From a virus (lineage: Duplodnaviria > Caudoviricetes), in IMG/VR virus record IMGVR_UViG_3300023199_000106, positions 1-58,731 of that record: a stretch of DNA of 58,731 bases. One strand, given 5' to 3'. The position numbers and the translations under genes were made by a program. The number at the start of each line of letters is the position of its first letter. The first letter of the stretch is position 1. This document shows positions 16,903 to 27,761 of the stretch, in pieces. The notes under the pieces are model-generated. The model searched no databases and was not told where the DNA came from. It worked only from the letters and a program-made list of their open reading frames with translations.

Positions 16903-18992
16903 GTAACGAAGCGAAGACTAACTACGAGCGCTACCAGTATTCTCTTCAGCGCGGGCACAAAGACTACATTAAAAAGCACGACGCGTGTGACGCCTTCTTT
17001 TTTGATGAGCAGTGGGAAAAGGAAGACCGTGATAAACTGGTCAACTCCAAGCGTCCAGCACTTACGATCAACAAAATCAAACCTATTATCCTAGATATGA
17101 CTGGGGAGTTTTTATCGAATCGTTCTGAAGTCAAGTTCGTTCCGACATCAACTGGCCAAACAGAGACCGCGACGGCTCTAACTAAGCTGTTTCTACATAT
17201 TCAGAATGAGCAGGAGCTAGATGAAAAAGAGTTAATTCTATGGTTTGATGGTATCATTACATCCCGGGCCTACTACGATGTTAGAGTTGAGTTTGACGAC
17301 AATGACCGCGGCGAAGTCCGGGTGTTTGTCCCAAATCCGAAAAACGTTATTCCTGACCCGGACTCGGATAGCAAAGACCCCGATGATTGGAACGAAGTCA
17401 TTATCAAATCCTACTTGACGATTCAAGATGTTGAGTTCCTTTACGGCAAGAGCAAAGCTACAAAAATCAAGCAGTATCCTGAGCTCCAAGTAGATATTGA
17501 GGGTAGTGAGCTTCACAACGACACGTTTGCCGGTCCTGATTTTACGACGCACCATGTTTCACATGGTTCTGGTGACGAAACAACTCAGCGTTTGTACCTA
17601 GTTATTGAACGCCAGTACAAGGCTATGGAAGATGTTCAGTTCTTTATTAATGAGCAGACTGGCGATCTCCGCCGCGTGCCTCCTAGTTGGACGTCTTCCC
17701 AAACAGCTCAGTTCCTGGAGCAGTTTCCAGAATTTGTAATTGAAAAGCGCCGTAAGCAGATTGTTCGTTGGGTAGTTTCGTGCGGGGACGTTCTTTTGCA
17801 TAATGACGTGAGCCCATACGATAAATTTACAATTATTCCATGGTTTCCGATTTTTCGTCGGGGGAAATCTTCCGGCGCGGTAGAGAGCCTGCTTGATCCC
17901 CAGCGTAACTTCAACAAGCTCCGCAGCCAGGAGCTTCATATTGTCAATGGCACGTCGAACAGTGGTTGGAAAGTCAAACGCGGTTCTTTGACGAACATGA
18001 CAACCGAAGATTTGGAGATTCACGGAGCGAAAACCGGACTGGTTGTCGAGTACGATGGTGAGTCAGAAAAAGTCATTGACCGTATTCAGCCAGTTAGCAT
18101 TCCTCAAGGGGTAGATCGAATCAGTGAAAAAGCTGACCGGGATTTGAAAACGGTATCAGGGGTGGATGATGAAGCCCGCGGCGTGGCTCGATCTCAAACG
18201 GCAGGAAAAGCTATTCAGGCTCGTAGAGAGGCTGCGCTGATTAGCTTGGCACCTTATTTCGACTCGCTCGCCTGGACGCGCAAACGACTGGCAAAGCGGA
18301 TTCTTGCTCTGATCCAGAAGTTTTATACGGAAGAGCGTCACATTCGGATTACGTCTTCCGATGCTCGCAACCAGATTACGGACATAGGATTAAATGTTCC
18401 GCAGGAAGATGGCACAGTGTTGAATGACCTGACGCTTGGCGAATACGACGTTGTAGTGACGCCTACTCCACAACGAGATTCGGAAGAACAGGAAACGTTC
18501 AATGAGCTACTGGAGCTGTCCAAGCTGGGATGGAGTATTCCTGTGCATTTGATGGTCGAAACTATGCACCTTGCGCGGAAGCCTGAAATTGTCGAGTCGA
18601 TCAAGGCTGCAAATGGAATGGTCGAGCCGTCAGAGGAAGAGCGTCAGCTGCAGCAGATGATGCAAGAGTTAGAGATGGAAGAAAAGCGGGCGGCGATTGC
18701 TGCCCGCATGGCCCAGGCTCAGTTGTCGCAGGCCCGCGCACAGAAGGTGTTGTCTGAAATCGACGCTGCGAAGGATGATACAGAAAAGTTGGAAGAGCTG
18801 TTATTGCGAGCGCGCGACCTTGATGCTAAGATTCACCACAATGAGCGTAGTATGGATGTCCGGGAGCGAGCCCTCGATGTTCAGGCGGCAAAAGCAGGGC
18901 TTGATGATATTGTAAAGAACCGGCAGATCGACGCGCAGCTTGAACAGCGGCAGCGCGATGCACAACAACCTACAGGAGCTAGTAATGGCTAA
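16899..18992 (+). CDS. portal protein
   Basis: follows TerL; QW...RPALTINKIKP and LLDPQRNFNK motifs typical of podoviral portals. Confidence 0.9.
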   Translation: MSNEAKTNYERYQYSLQRGHKDYIKKHDACDAFFFDEQWEKEDRDKLVNSKRPALTINKIKPIILDMTGEFLSNRSEVKFVPTSTGQTETATALTKLFLHIQNEQELDEKELILWFDGIITSRAYYDVRVEFDDNDRGEVRVFVPNPKNVIPDPDSDSKDPDDWNEVIIKSYLTIQDVEFLYGKSKATKIKQYPELQVDIEGSELHNDTFAGPDFTTHHVSHGSGDETTQRLYLVIERQYKAMEDVQFFINEQTGDLRRVPPSWTSSQTAQFLEQFPEFVIEKRRKQIVRWVVSCGDVLLHNDVSPYDKFTIIPWFPIFRRGKSSGAVESLLDPQRNFNKLRSQELHIVNGTSNSGWKVKRGSLTNMTTEDLEIHGAKTGLVVEYDGESEKVIDRIQPVSIPQGVDRISEKADRDLKTVSGVDDEARGVARSQTAGKAIQARREAALISLAPYFDSLAWTRKRLAKRILALIQKFYTEERHIRITSSDARNQITDIGLNVPQEDGTVLNDLTLGEYDVVVTPTPQRDSEEQETFNELLELSKLGWSIPVHLMVETMHLARKPEIVESIKAANGMVEPSEEERQLQQMMQELEMEEKRAAIAARMAQAQLSQARAQKVLSEIDAAKDDTEKLEELLLRARDLDAKIHHNERSMDVRERALDVQAAKAGLDDIVKNRQIDAQLEQRQRDAQQPTGASNG

Positions 18993-19980
18993 AAACCACG
19001 AAGATAATGACATTGTGGAAGATACTTCGTTGAAAGGATTTGATGACGAAGACTTTAATAATTCGCCCGGCGATCTTGAGGATGAGGATGAGGATGAGGA
19101 TGAGGATGAGGATGAGGATGAGGGTGACGATTTTGAAGACACTCCTGAATCGCGCGGGGATATTCTCGACTCTGATGATGAATACGAGCCTGAAGACGAG
19201 CCTGAAGACGAGCCTGAAGACGAGCCTGAAGAGGAAGAGGCACTGCCAGAAACTGATCCTAAGGCAAACGTACGTGTCCCATTAGCGCGACTTGATGCTG
19301 AAATCGCTAGGCGTAAAGCGGCAGAGGAGCGCCTGGCACAGCTGGGGGGGCGAAATAAGCAGACTGAAGAGAAAGCTGACCGTTTGAGTGAGATCGCAGC
19401 TCGCATGACAGAGATTGACAGAGAATTTGCCGAGGCCAGCCTCGAAGGGGATTCGGATAAGCTGATTGGGCTGCGTGTAGAAGAGCGCCAGCTTGATAAA
19501 GAGGCGATGGCTATTGAGCTTGCTCGATCGACGCAAAGGGCGGTGTCGAAAACCCGTTTTGATACAGCTCTTGAAGCTGTAGAGGCGAAGTATCCACAGC
19601 TAAATCCTGACAGCGATAAGTATAATCAGGATTTAGTAACTGAGGTAGAAGAGCTGATGCGGGCTTTTGAAAAAACAGGCGAGCCCCCTGATGTAGCGCT
19701 CCGTCGCGCGGTCGGATACGTGGCTCGTGATGAGGTTGAAGAAGATGCGGCGCCTTCGCAAAAAAGAGGGCTGCGGGAGAAAGCTGCTGCGCGTTCTACG
19801 GATATTCCAAGAAGCAAGAATCGGAAGGCTAAGTCCCAACAGCCACCAACAGTGGCGACTCGTCGGTCTGTCTCCGATACCGAAGAAGTCGACCCGCTGA
19901 ATATGACTGACGAAGCGTTTGATCGTTTTTTCGATTCGAAGGAGGGACGGATAGCTCGAGGAGATGTTTTAAGTAGTTGA
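18985..19980 (+). CDS. scaffolding protein
   Basis: AGGAG RBS; acidic N-terminus ((GAGGAT)7, EPED repeats), VPLARLD, coiled coil; between portal and capsid. Confidence 0.8.
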   Translation: MAKNHEDNDIVEDTSLKGFDDEDFNNSPGDLEDEDEDEDEDEDEDEGDDFEDTPESRGDILDSDDEYEPEDEPEDEPEDEPEEEEALPETDPKANVRVPLARLDAEIARRKAAEERLAQLGGRNKQTEEKADRLSEIAARMTEIDREFAEASLEGDSDKLIGLRVEERQLDKEAMAIELARSTQRAVSKTRFDTALEAVEAKYPQLNPDSDKYNQDLVTEVEELMRAFEKTGEPPDVALRRAVGYVARDEVEEDAAPSQKRGLREKAAARSTDIPRSKNRKAKSQQPPTVATRRSVSDTEEVDPLNMTDEAFDRFFDSKEGRIARGDVLSS

Positions 19981-20012
19981 CATTAATGGTCAGAGTACTC
20001 TATACTCTGACC
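19977..20012 (+). promoter_or_regulatory. sigma70-like promoter with overlapping palindrome
   Basis: TTGACA-18 nt-TATACT; GGTCAGAGTA-N5-TACTCTGACC at 19988-20012. Confidence 0.7.
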
Positions 20013-20137
20013 TAACTCGTATGGTGGCGACGATACAGCCCCAGGTGCGCGAGCACCTAAATCATCGGATCTCGCCCGCTGAAGCGTAAGACAGCAAGGT
20101 AGCTATTTGGAGTTCATGCAGAATAGGAGATGCCATA

Positions 20138-21247
20138 ATGGCGTACACTAATTTTGCGGCCTTGACTGAGCATCCGTTGAAAGTATGGCAGCGGAAAGTT
20201 TGGCGGGCTGCGCGAGAAAAGATGTTCATCGGTAAGTTTCTCGGCACCGATGAGAACGCGATGATCCATCGCATCACTGAACTGACTAAGACGACTAAGG
20301 GCGACCAGGCGGTCATCACTCTGGTTACGGACCTGGAAGACGACGGCGTTGCCGGAGATCGCTTCCTGGAAGGTAACGAAGAGGCGATGGTCTCTGACGA
20401 CCAGGTTATCACCATTGATCAGCTGCGTCATGCAGTTCGGAGCAAGGGTGAAATGGCCGATCAGCGGTCCGTCGTTCGGTTCCGTCAAACGGCCATGAAC
20501 AACCTGTCGTATTGGCTGGCCGATCGTTTTGACCAGATGGCGTTTCTGACCCTGTCTGGCATCAGCTACACGTTCACGACCAAAGGCGCGCTGCGTCCGA
20601 AGCAGGAACTGGCCAATTTGGCTTTTGCTGATGATGTTTCGGCGCCAACCTCCGCGCGTCATTTCCGTTGGGTGGACTCTTCGGATTCCTTCGCGGCTGG
20701 TGCAACGGGTAGCGTAGCGGCTGCTGACAAGGTGAGCTATGCCACTATCATCAACGCTCGCACGCTGGCGGAAGAAAACTACATCCGCCCGGTTCGCGAC
20801 GTTGGCGGTGTGGAGTGGTACAACATGTTCATGCACCCGCGCCAGATTGCCGCACTGAAGCTCGACAACGACTTCAAGGCTGCGTATCAGAACGCGCTAA
20901 GTCGCGCCCCGAGCAACCCGCTGTTCAAGGGTACGGACGTGATCTGGCTCGATGGCATCGCAATCCATAAGCACCGCTACGTGTACAACACCCTCGGTGC
21001 CGCAAGCGGCTCGAAGTGGGGCGCCGCTGGCGCAATTGACGGCGCACGAATCCTCATGTGTGGCGCTCAGGCACTGGCTATGGCGGATATTGGTGCTGCG
21101 AAGTGGGTCGAGAAGGAATTCGACTATGATAATCAGCCGGGTATTGCTGTGGGTAAGAAAGCAGGTATGTTGAAGCCGCAATTCTACTCTATCTACAATC
21201 AGAGCGTGCAGGATTTTAGCGTTATCTGCATTGACACTGCGCTGTAA
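20138..21247 (+). CDS. major capsid protein (N4-gp56/DUF4043-like)
   Basis: MAYTNFAALT, RITELTK..KG, LEGNEE, IDQLRHA, NPLF.G, CGAQALA; strong codon bias. Confidence 0.9.
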   Translation: MAYTNFAALTEHPLKVWQRKVWRAAREKMFIGKFLGTDENAMIHRITELTKTTKGDQAVITLVTDLEDDGVAGDRFLEGNEEAMVSDDQVITIDQLRHAVRSKGEMADQRSVVRFRQTAMNNLSYWLADRFDQMAFLTLSGISYTFTTKGALRPKQELANLAFADDVSAPTSARHFRWVDSSDSFAAGATGSVAAADKVSYATIINARTLAEENYIRPVRDVGGVEWYNMFMHPRQIAALKLDNDFKAAYQNALSRAPSNPLFKGTDVIWLDGIAIHKHRYVYNTLGAASGSKWGAAGAIDGARILMCGAQALAMADIGAAKWVEKEFDYDNQPGIAVGKKAGMLKPQFYSIYNQSVQDFSVICIDTAL

Positions 21248-21256
21248 TCGGAGGAT

Positions 21257-21652
21257 ATGACCATGAGTATGACCAAAACTGACGATTACCAATACCCACT
21301 AGCGAAGGTAAAACGCTTCACTTTTGCGGATTTGGTAAACGGCGATTCTGTAGCAGCACATTCGATCTTCCCTAGCGCTATAGTGATTGCTGGCGCTGTG
21401 GTGGTAGTAACTGCGTGGGACAGCGGTACGTCGGCGGTCCTTGAAGTCGGAGATATTAACGATTTGGATCGTTATACGTCGAGCGCTATTGATCTCGCTT
21501 CTGCTGGCCGAACTGCCCTTACGCTGACGGGGCACAAGCACACCGCTATGACTGACTTGCTGCTGACACTGACGGAAGTCGGTACTGCTGCGACGGAAGG
21601 TGAAGCGTATTTGGAGTTTCAGATTATTATGGAAGACCGCACGAACGAGTAA
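21257..21652 (+). CDS. capsid-associated/decoration protein
   Basis: GGAGG RBS; directly after capsid, before terminator. Confidence 0.65.
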   Translation: MTMSMTKTDDYQYPLAKVKRFTFADLVNGDSVAAHSIFPSAIVIAGAVVVVTAWDSGTSAVLEVGDINDLDRYTSSAIDLASAGRTALTLTGHKHTAMTDLLLTLTEVGTAATEGEAYLEFQIIMEDRTNE

Positions 21653-21671
21653 AGCACAGGGCATACTATAA

Positions 21672-21698
21672 GGGGCCTTGCTTAAGGCCCCCTTTTTT
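21672..21698 (+). terminator. intrinsic terminator
   Basis: GGGGCCTT/AAGGCCCC stem plus T6. Confidence 0.85.
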
Positions 21699-21719
21699 AC
21701 CATCATAAGGAACGCTATT

Positions 21720-22265
21720 ATGCCGCAAGTAAAAGGAGCCCTGATGGTGTGTGGACACGATATTACTGTCGCCACCACTGCAGGCTATACAATTCAGTTT
21801 ATTGCCGGCGAGGAGCAGTATGTTCCGCCGTTGGCTGTACCGGAGTGCCTGAAGGTCGGTGCGCGCGAGTTGAAGCGCTACATCAACGTCAAGGCCACTG
21901 TTCCGAACACGAAGCACGGGAATATCAAATCCCACGTCAACGTAATTCCCCAGGCCGAAGATGTTATTGAAGAAGAGGTCATGCCTGAAAAAGCAAGCAT
22001 CAATGACACGCCTTCGCGGCCGAACACGCGCAACGAGCGGGTATACCCCGAAGCCGAGCAGCGTGTCCGCCGCGGGATACTGTCCATGCTCAAAGATTCA
22101 CAGGCAAAAGAGTGGACAGCCGCGGGCATTCCTAACACCGCGGCGCTTCAGAAACGCGTCGAGGATATGTCAGTGACCGGCGCCATGCGCGATGCTGTAT
22201 GGCGTAAGATGGAGGAAGCTGAAGAGATTCCGGAAGACTACGCTGAGATGTTAGGATTGCAGTAA
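21720..22265 (+). CDS. hypothetical structural-module protein
   Basis: start moved downstream of the terminator (MPQVKG, AAGGA RBS); exact start uncertain. Confidence 0.7.
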   Translation: MPQVKGALMVCGHDITVATTAGYTIQFIAGEEQYVPPLAVPECLKVGARELKRYINVKATVPNTKHGNIKSHVNVIPQAEDVIEEEVMPEKASINDTPSRPNTRNERVYPEAEQRVRRGILSMLKDSQAKEWTAAGIPNTAALQKRVEDMSVTGAMRDAVWRKMEEAEEIPEDYAEMLGLQ

Positions 22266-22267
22266 TC

Positions 22268-22972
22268 ATGACTCCGGCGCAGCTTCGCGATCGCTTCCGT
22301 CGAGACATCGATGACATCAAACCGGCAGGGAGTGATGAATCCGACCTTTTATTTACGGATGATAGTATTAACGACTTCATAGACGAAGCGCATCGGGTAT
22401 TTGTCGCAGAAACGTTTTACTACCATACACTGCTTGAGCTTGATGTTGTAGCAACAGAAGCTGACATTGCACTGCCAGATACATTTTTGGATCTGCGCGG
22501 TAATGCCGGCGAACTAGTAAATGCGCAGCGTGTAGTGCGCAAGCGTGCACTGTACGAAGGTGTTTTATCTGATGATTATGGGGGTATGACCAGCGTGCTT
22601 CAGTTTTCGGATGACACTCTGGCTACACCTCGATTTTTTTCTCTTGACTTGGAGTTTAACACATTACGGCTGTTTCCTACCCCTGCTGAAGATGACATTC
22701 TTCGGCTCTCAGTATATCTTGAGCCGGACCCGATTGATTTTGCGACTCAAGATGATCTTTCCACTGCGTTTGTTATGACAAATAAGCATCATGTTTTGTG
22801 CTTACTTGACGGTATGAAGGCAATAGCGTACCGTGTGCAGGATGTAGATGTATACGATCCTAGGCAAGCAGAACGGTGGGAGGCGTCCTTCCGACGAAAA
22901 ATTGCGGATGTAAGGTCAGAACGGATGCGTCGCAGGTGTAGACCCCAGGAGATTCTATATGGCGGGCTTTGA
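22268..22972 (+). CDS. head-tail adaptor-like protein
   Basis: LRDRFRRD..D, FTDDSINDFIDEA, LRLFPTP; position after capsid genes. Confidence 0.7.
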   Translation: MTPAQLRDRFRRDIDDIKPAGSDESDLLFTDDSINDFIDEAHRVFVAETFYYHTLLELDVVATEADIALPDTFLDLRGNAGELVNAQRVVRKRALYEGVLSDDYGGMTSVLQFSDDTLATPRFFSLDLEFNTLRLFPTPAEDDILRLSVYLEPDPIDFATQDDLSTAFVMTNKHHVLCLLDGMKAIAYRVQDVDVYDPRQAERWEASFRRKIADVRSERMRRRCRPQEILYGGL

Positions 22973-24251
22973 AAGTCAGACTAAAAGAATGCCGGGTTTT
23001 CCAGGAGGGGTTAATAACGTTTTCCGAGAAGACTCCCTTCCAGATGAGCAGCTGCGGAAGGCAGTAAATGTTGATCTTCTCCCGGGAGGGAAATTACGTC
23101 GGCGGTCTGGGTATACGAGGCGCCTAGATTTGTCTGACGCTCGCTCAGGAGCTTATTTTTTGGGCAGCTTGTACTTAGCAAACCAAGGCGATTTTATTCG
23201 GGTCGACTTAAATGACTATTCAACTGACGTTATCGCCAATGTTTCTCCGGTTGCTTATCTGAGTTATGCAGAGCAGGCAGGAAACTTATTCGTATCGGAT
23301 GGGGTTTCACAGGCATTTAGAGTTACTTCTGCTGGGGATGTAGTTTCTTGGTCGTCTGAGCAGCCGTCAGGGCAGCCATCTTTAGCCTCAGATTCTCCTG
23401 GAGGGCTTCCGGAAGGGATGTACCAGGTTGCTATTACGTATCTCCGTGGGAGTGAGGAGTCTGGAACTACTCAAGCTGCGGAAGTAACGCTTTCATCGCC
23501 TGGAAAAATAGAGGTCACTGATATTCCTGCTCCTGCTGACCCTTCAATTACTCATGTTCGTGTATATGTAAGTCATACGAACGGAGAAGTTTTATACGCC
23601 CACAGCAAGCTGGCGCCTGGGGTATCGTCATTTAGTATTTCTTCTTTGCCTGCGGGAAAAGCACTGGAGACTCAGTTCCTTGACCCTCTTCCTGCGGGGC
23701 ATATTGTAGCTGCGTATAAAGGGCGAATATTCACCGCTGTGGGGCATGATCTCTGGTATTCTGAGCCGTTTCGATACGGTCTTTGCCGAGTTTCTCAGAA
23801 TTTCATAAGTTTTGATAGTCGCGTAAACATGGTACGACCAGTAGAATCAGGCATTTATATCGGAACGGAAAAAAGAACTATCTTCTTGTCTGGCCCCTCC
23901 CCCATGGAGTTTAGAGTTTTAGGGGTGCATTACGCAGGGGTCATAGAAGGAACAGATACATCAGTGCCTTCAAGTGTATTTGCGTTTGATAGTCTTAATA
24001 CGGGAAATGTGGCTGTATGGTGGTCGAAGAGCGGATCATTTATTGTAGGTTTAGCTAGTGGGCAGGTTATCCCTTTACGGGATGGCGAGTTAGCAGTGCC
24101 TGATTTCGTTCGCGGCAATACGATGCTTCGAGAAAAGGACGGGGTGCGTAGCATAGTTTCGGTGCTTCAACAGCCAATGTCTGACCATTCAGCTTTAGTG
24201 TCTCACGACCAGGTGACTGCCGAAGTACATCGTAATGGAATTACTATTTAG
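22959..24251 (+). CDS. tail nozzle/stabilization-like protein
   Basis: FPGGVNN, AVNVDL..GKLRRRSGY, YKGRIF, LWYSEP. Confidence 0.65.
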   Translation: MAGFESQTKRMPGFPGGVNNVFREDSLPDEQLRKAVNVDLLPGGKLRRRSGYTRRLDLSDARSGAYFLGSLYLANQGDFIRVDLNDYSTDVIANVSPVAYLSYAEQAGNLFVSDGVSQAFRVTSAGDVVSWSSEQPSGQPSLASDSPGGLPEGMYQVAITYLRGSEESGTTQAAEVTLSSPGKIEVTDIPAPADPSITHVRVYVSHTNGEVLYAHSKLAPGVSSFSISSLPAGKALETQFLDPLPAGHIVAAYKGRIFTAVGHDLWYSEPFRYGLCRVSQNFISFDSRVNMVRPVESGIYIGTEKRTIFLSGPSPMEFRVLGVHYAGVIEGTDTSVPSSVFAFDSLNTGNVAVWWSKSGSFIVGLASGQVIPLRDGELAVPDFVRGNTMLREKDGVRSIVSVLQQPMSDHSALVSHDQVTAEVHRNGITI

Positions 24252-24261
24252 GAGATATAAA

Positions 24262-24792
24262 ATGAGCAGTAAACTTAGAGACGTACTGATTGCCCAAAAA
24301 AACGTGGTTATCTGTGGGACGTTCACAATTGAAAATCTGACCCGCGGGGGAATTTCTATTGCACGTAATACCGTAACTACTCAAGGGCTCAATCACATTT
24401 TAGATGTAGTTATTGGTACGACTACTGCAGTTAATACGTGGTATCTAGCGCCTTTTGCAGGTAATGTTACTCCTAATGTGAGTTGGACGGCGAGTAGCTT
24501 TGATTCAAACGCGACGGAGTTTACTAACTATACCGAGGCTACTCGGCAGACTCTTGTTCCCTCAGCTGCGGCAAGTGGAGTGATAGGGAATTTGTCGTCT
24601 CGTGCAGAAATCACGATTGGGTCTGGGGCGCAAGATACTATCTATGGAGCTGGGCTGTTGTCTGCGAGCGGTAAAGAAGCAACGACCGGGACGTTGTTGG
24701 CGGCTGCCAGACTGGCTACTGCGCGTACTGGTTTACTAGAAGACGATGTTATTGCCCTCGGGTATACGCTGACTATTTTAAACCCAAGTTAA
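24262..24792 (+). CDS. virion structural protein
   Basis: AGGAG RBS; NTVTTQGLNHIL motif; Ser/Thr/Ala-rich. Confidence 0.65.
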   Translation: MSSKLRDVLIAQKNVVICGTFTIENLTRGGISIARNTVTTQGLNHILDVVIGTTTAVNTWYLAPFAGNVTPNVSWTASSFDSNATEFTNYTEATRQTLVPSAAASGVIGNLSSRAEITIGSGAQDTIYGAGLLSASGKEATTGTLLAAARLATARTGLLEDDVIALGYTLTILNPS

Positions 24793-24794
24793 CA

Positions 24795-27761
24795 ATGTAC
24801 ACTGGCCCTTTGGCATGGGAGTTTCAAGGGGATCTTCGTCTTGGGGCGCAGTATAAATCGGTTGCACGGTCACTTCTTGGGGCTGTTAAAACGTCAATGA
24901 AGAACGGAGGACTCGAGAGGCAATTTGCTTCTCGGGTTTTCTACTTTTCAAACGGGGTTAAAATCCGAGTTGCTGTATTCGGGGCGATCCACAAAGCGTG
25001 GATAGAAGTGCCTGCGACTGCTCAGGATTCTCCATTCCGAGCTTTGCAATATCAGTTTGTCTACATCGCTCCTGCAGGAGAAACTTGGCCGGTTTTCAAT
25101 GTCGATGGGGTCTGGGTTGTTGGGGGGTCTGCAGTAGGGGCGTTGTTTTTGCTATTTGATGATGGGAGTATTGAGCATGCGTTTTTTCCTTTAGTGTCTA
25201 CTGAATATGAGCCTCCAAACCACGAGTGGGTGTACTTAAATCCAATCGATCCGTCACAGTGGATAGATGCCTTACCAGTCCCGCGATACGAAATAGTCCA
25301 CGCTACGTCGCAACATATCGAATATTCAAGTAATGGTCTGATCCATGCCCCTTGGATACCAAAAGGAAATAGACATTACATGGCGAGTGCGTTTAGTTTG
25401 TCGGGGTTATCGCCCTCCGGCGCTTTACAAACTAACTTAGTTACTGGAGGATCTTTTGACATTCAATATCTTTGGGATTTCCAGTATTCTGGGGCGGCAC
25501 CGACTGATGTAGGATATGAGGCCCCTCTTTCAGATTACGAGCCTCCTGTATACGCAGGCAAAAAGGCCACCTCAGGTGGTGCAAATTTAAGCGTGCCCGA
25601 TACTGACTGGTACACGTCATACGGCATTTATACTGCTACTTCTGAAGAATATGGAGAGCGTCGTTTTGGGGTGGCAGTAGACGCGTCACAACGGGTGTAT
25701 GTTTGGCCTCTTGCTGCCGCCGGTACTGAATCTCCAGACCCAATTTATTCAGGGCAGCTGATTAAAACAAATGTACATGCCTCCTATGTTTACTCGCAGG
25801 ATTTAATTTTTCCTTCGACCGTTCGGAAAGAAGGAGAGTCTTTCAGAGATAATTATGGGGATATAGCATCAGGGGAGTCTCCATTTTTCGGATCTACCAT
25901 AGGCAGGTACACTCGATATGTATGGTACCCTAATCGAGAAGGATCGCAGTTTGTTACTATAGTTGAAGAGGCGGTCGAGCCGCAGCACCATACTTACCGT
26001 CTGTGGAATGCTGGATTTCCACAGCTTTGGGATTCTCCGGTTTTGCAGTATTCTCCAGTTGCTTTTGACAGTTCGTCGTTGGAAGAATATAGGGTTCCTA
26101 ATCCTCGAGTAGCTACTTTCAATTTAAGTGTTGTTATTACTGGCGAAGATTTAGATGCTTTTAGTGCTGAAATAACTCCAGTCGAACTTTTATCTGACGA
26201 TCCGTCTTTTTTTCCGGTGCAGGCGAGGTACGCATGTGAGGGGGCTTATAGTGAAGTAGATGTAGGAGAGCTTGTTGTTGGGGGGTTTTCTATCCAAGCT
26301 TTAGACGGAGGCATTACATCGCATGCGTTAATACAGCATTTTGAAGGAGATGAAGATATAATTAAGGATGCCTGGGGGCCTACTGGACCTGCGCTTGCAG
26401 TTTCTTTAGGATATTCTGCATCCGCTGCTTCTGGAGTTCCCCATTTTCCTTGGCTTTTATTTGATGTTTTTTCTTATGATGCTCTTGGAGATTCAAAGTT
26501 TTGGGCGAAGACACCGGCTCGGCCTTATTATGCGGGGTTTGATGGAATATATACGCAGTTGACAAAAGTTTCGTCTGCAGATGAAGCATCTCTTTCTGGA
26601 GTCTCGGATACTATTAGCAGCTTGGCTCGACGATTCACTCTGCAAGCAGAGTTTTCGATCCGCGCCGCAGAGAAAGTACTGTTTAAAAAAACAGTACGGA
26701 AATATCAGCCGAACCTTCATAGTATGGCGAACTGGTTTACCGCGCAAATTTCAGGACTGGATGTATCTACTGGATCAGTCGTTTTAGGTATATGCGAGTC
26801 TACAACTGAGACTACATGCTCACAAGTAAGGGTTCCACCATATACTCCAGGAGACTCAAGGTTCCCTAATTTTGAAAACGAAGTCGGGACTAATACAAGC
26901 CTAAAATCCCACGTCGTCTATTACAAAAGTGAAAAAATAGAGTCTACTGCGACAGAAGCGCAAGAAGCAATTTTAGACGCTCCGATTATTACTACCCCTA
27001 TATCTAAGTCTTTACGTTTTTGGGGGACGGCTTGGGCAGGAGCTCCTGGGTTTTTATCGGGGGCTGACGGGGTGCTGGTGACCCCTCTTGTGTTTAACGA
27101 AGCAAGCTTTGAATTGTTTTTAGATACTGCGGTCCCAGCACTCTCAACTTCTATGCTTTCAAAGCTGTCTCATGTTGGGTTCCGGCAGTTTCCTTGGGGG
27201 CTAGAAATGCATTCGTGGGTTGCAGGGCAGCATTACGTACAGGCCCCAAACAGCAATGTAGTAGCAAATGACGAGCTATTTTCATTCGCCGGTTGGTACC
27301 CTGGCAGTATGTCTTGGGCGCAGTCTATGTTGACTGGAGAATTAACTGGCCAGGTTACAGTTTCTACGATAAGTGTAGATATATTTCGGATTGGAGGCCA
27401 GGCGTTTACGCATAAAGAGATGTTTGAGACTGCGTATAGTGTAGCTGCGTCATTTGATTTTGACATTGAAATAAAGTCAAGGCTGGGGTTTTATATGCCA
27501 GTCGAAGTAGCAGACGGCGTGTTTTCTACATTTTCTATATACAACGCCTTAGCTGTCAGTAAGTCTTCTGGAGTTGATAAGTCAGGGTTCTTTTTGGAGG
27601 CCCCTCAATTCCGCGTGTATTGTGGAATCAACGATTTTGAAGTTCGCTACGTTGACCTTGACACGGGGGGTGGGATGGATAGTACAATAGCAGCTGCTGG
27701 GTCACGAGAGTTTCCGATCCAGGCAAGGGCGTACGGGTACATAGACACCGGGAGTAGCTGA
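24795..27761 (+). CDS. large tail-associated protein (988 aa)
   Basis: long ORF in the tail module; aromatic and Ser-rich. Confidence 0.65.
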   Translation: MYTGPLAWEFQGDLRLGAQYKSVARSLLGAVKTSMKNGGLERQFASRVFYFSNGVKIRVAVFGAIHKAWIEVPATAQDSPFRALQYQFVYIAPAGETWPVFNVDGVWVVGGSAVGALFLLFDDGSIEHAFFPLVSTEYEPPNHEWVYLNPIDPSQWIDALPVPRYEIVHATSQHIEYSSNGLIHAPWIPKGNRHYMASAFSLSGLSPSGALQTNLVTGGSFDIQYLWDFQYSGAAPTDVGYEAPLSDYEPPVYAGKKATSGGANLSVPDTDWYTSYGIYTATSEEYGERRFGVAVDASQRVYVWPLAAAGTESPDPIYSGQLIKTNVHASYVYSQDLIFPSTVRKEGESFRDNYGDIASGESPFFGSTIGRYTRYVWYPNREGSQFVTIVEEAVEPQHHTYRLWNAGFPQLWDSPVLQYSPVAFDSSSLEEYRVPNPRVATFNLSVVITGEDLDAFSAEITPVELLSDDPSFFPVQARYACEGAYSEVDVGELVVGGFSIQALDGGITSHALIQHFEGDEDIIKDAWGPTGPALAVSLGYSASAASGVPHFPWLLFDVFSYDALGDSKFWAKTPARPYYAGFDGIYTQLTKVSSADEASLSGVSDTISSLARRFTLQAEFSIRAAEKVLFKKTVRKYQPNLHSMANWFTAQISGLDVSTGSVVLGICESTTETTCSQVRVPPYTPGDSRFPNFENEVGTNTSLKSHVVYYKSEKIESTATEAQEAILDAPIITTPISKSLRFWGTAWAGAPGFLSGADGVLVTPLVFNEASFELFLDTAVPALSTSMLSKLSHVGFRQFPWGLEMHSWVAGQHYVQAPNSNVVANDELFSFAGWYPGSMSWAQSMLTGELTGQVTVSTISVDIFRIGGQAFTHKEMFETAYSVAASFDFDIEIKSRLGFYMPVEVADGVFSTFSIYNALAVSKSSGVDKSGFFLEAPQFRVYCGINDFEVRYVDLDTGGGMDSTIAAAGSREFPIQARAYGYIDTGSS

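Noticed and set aside
19078-19230. GAGGAT and GAGCCTGAAGAC microsatellites as phase-variation switches
   Set aside because: Units are multiples of 3 in an acidic scaffold linker, so slippage would not shift the frame
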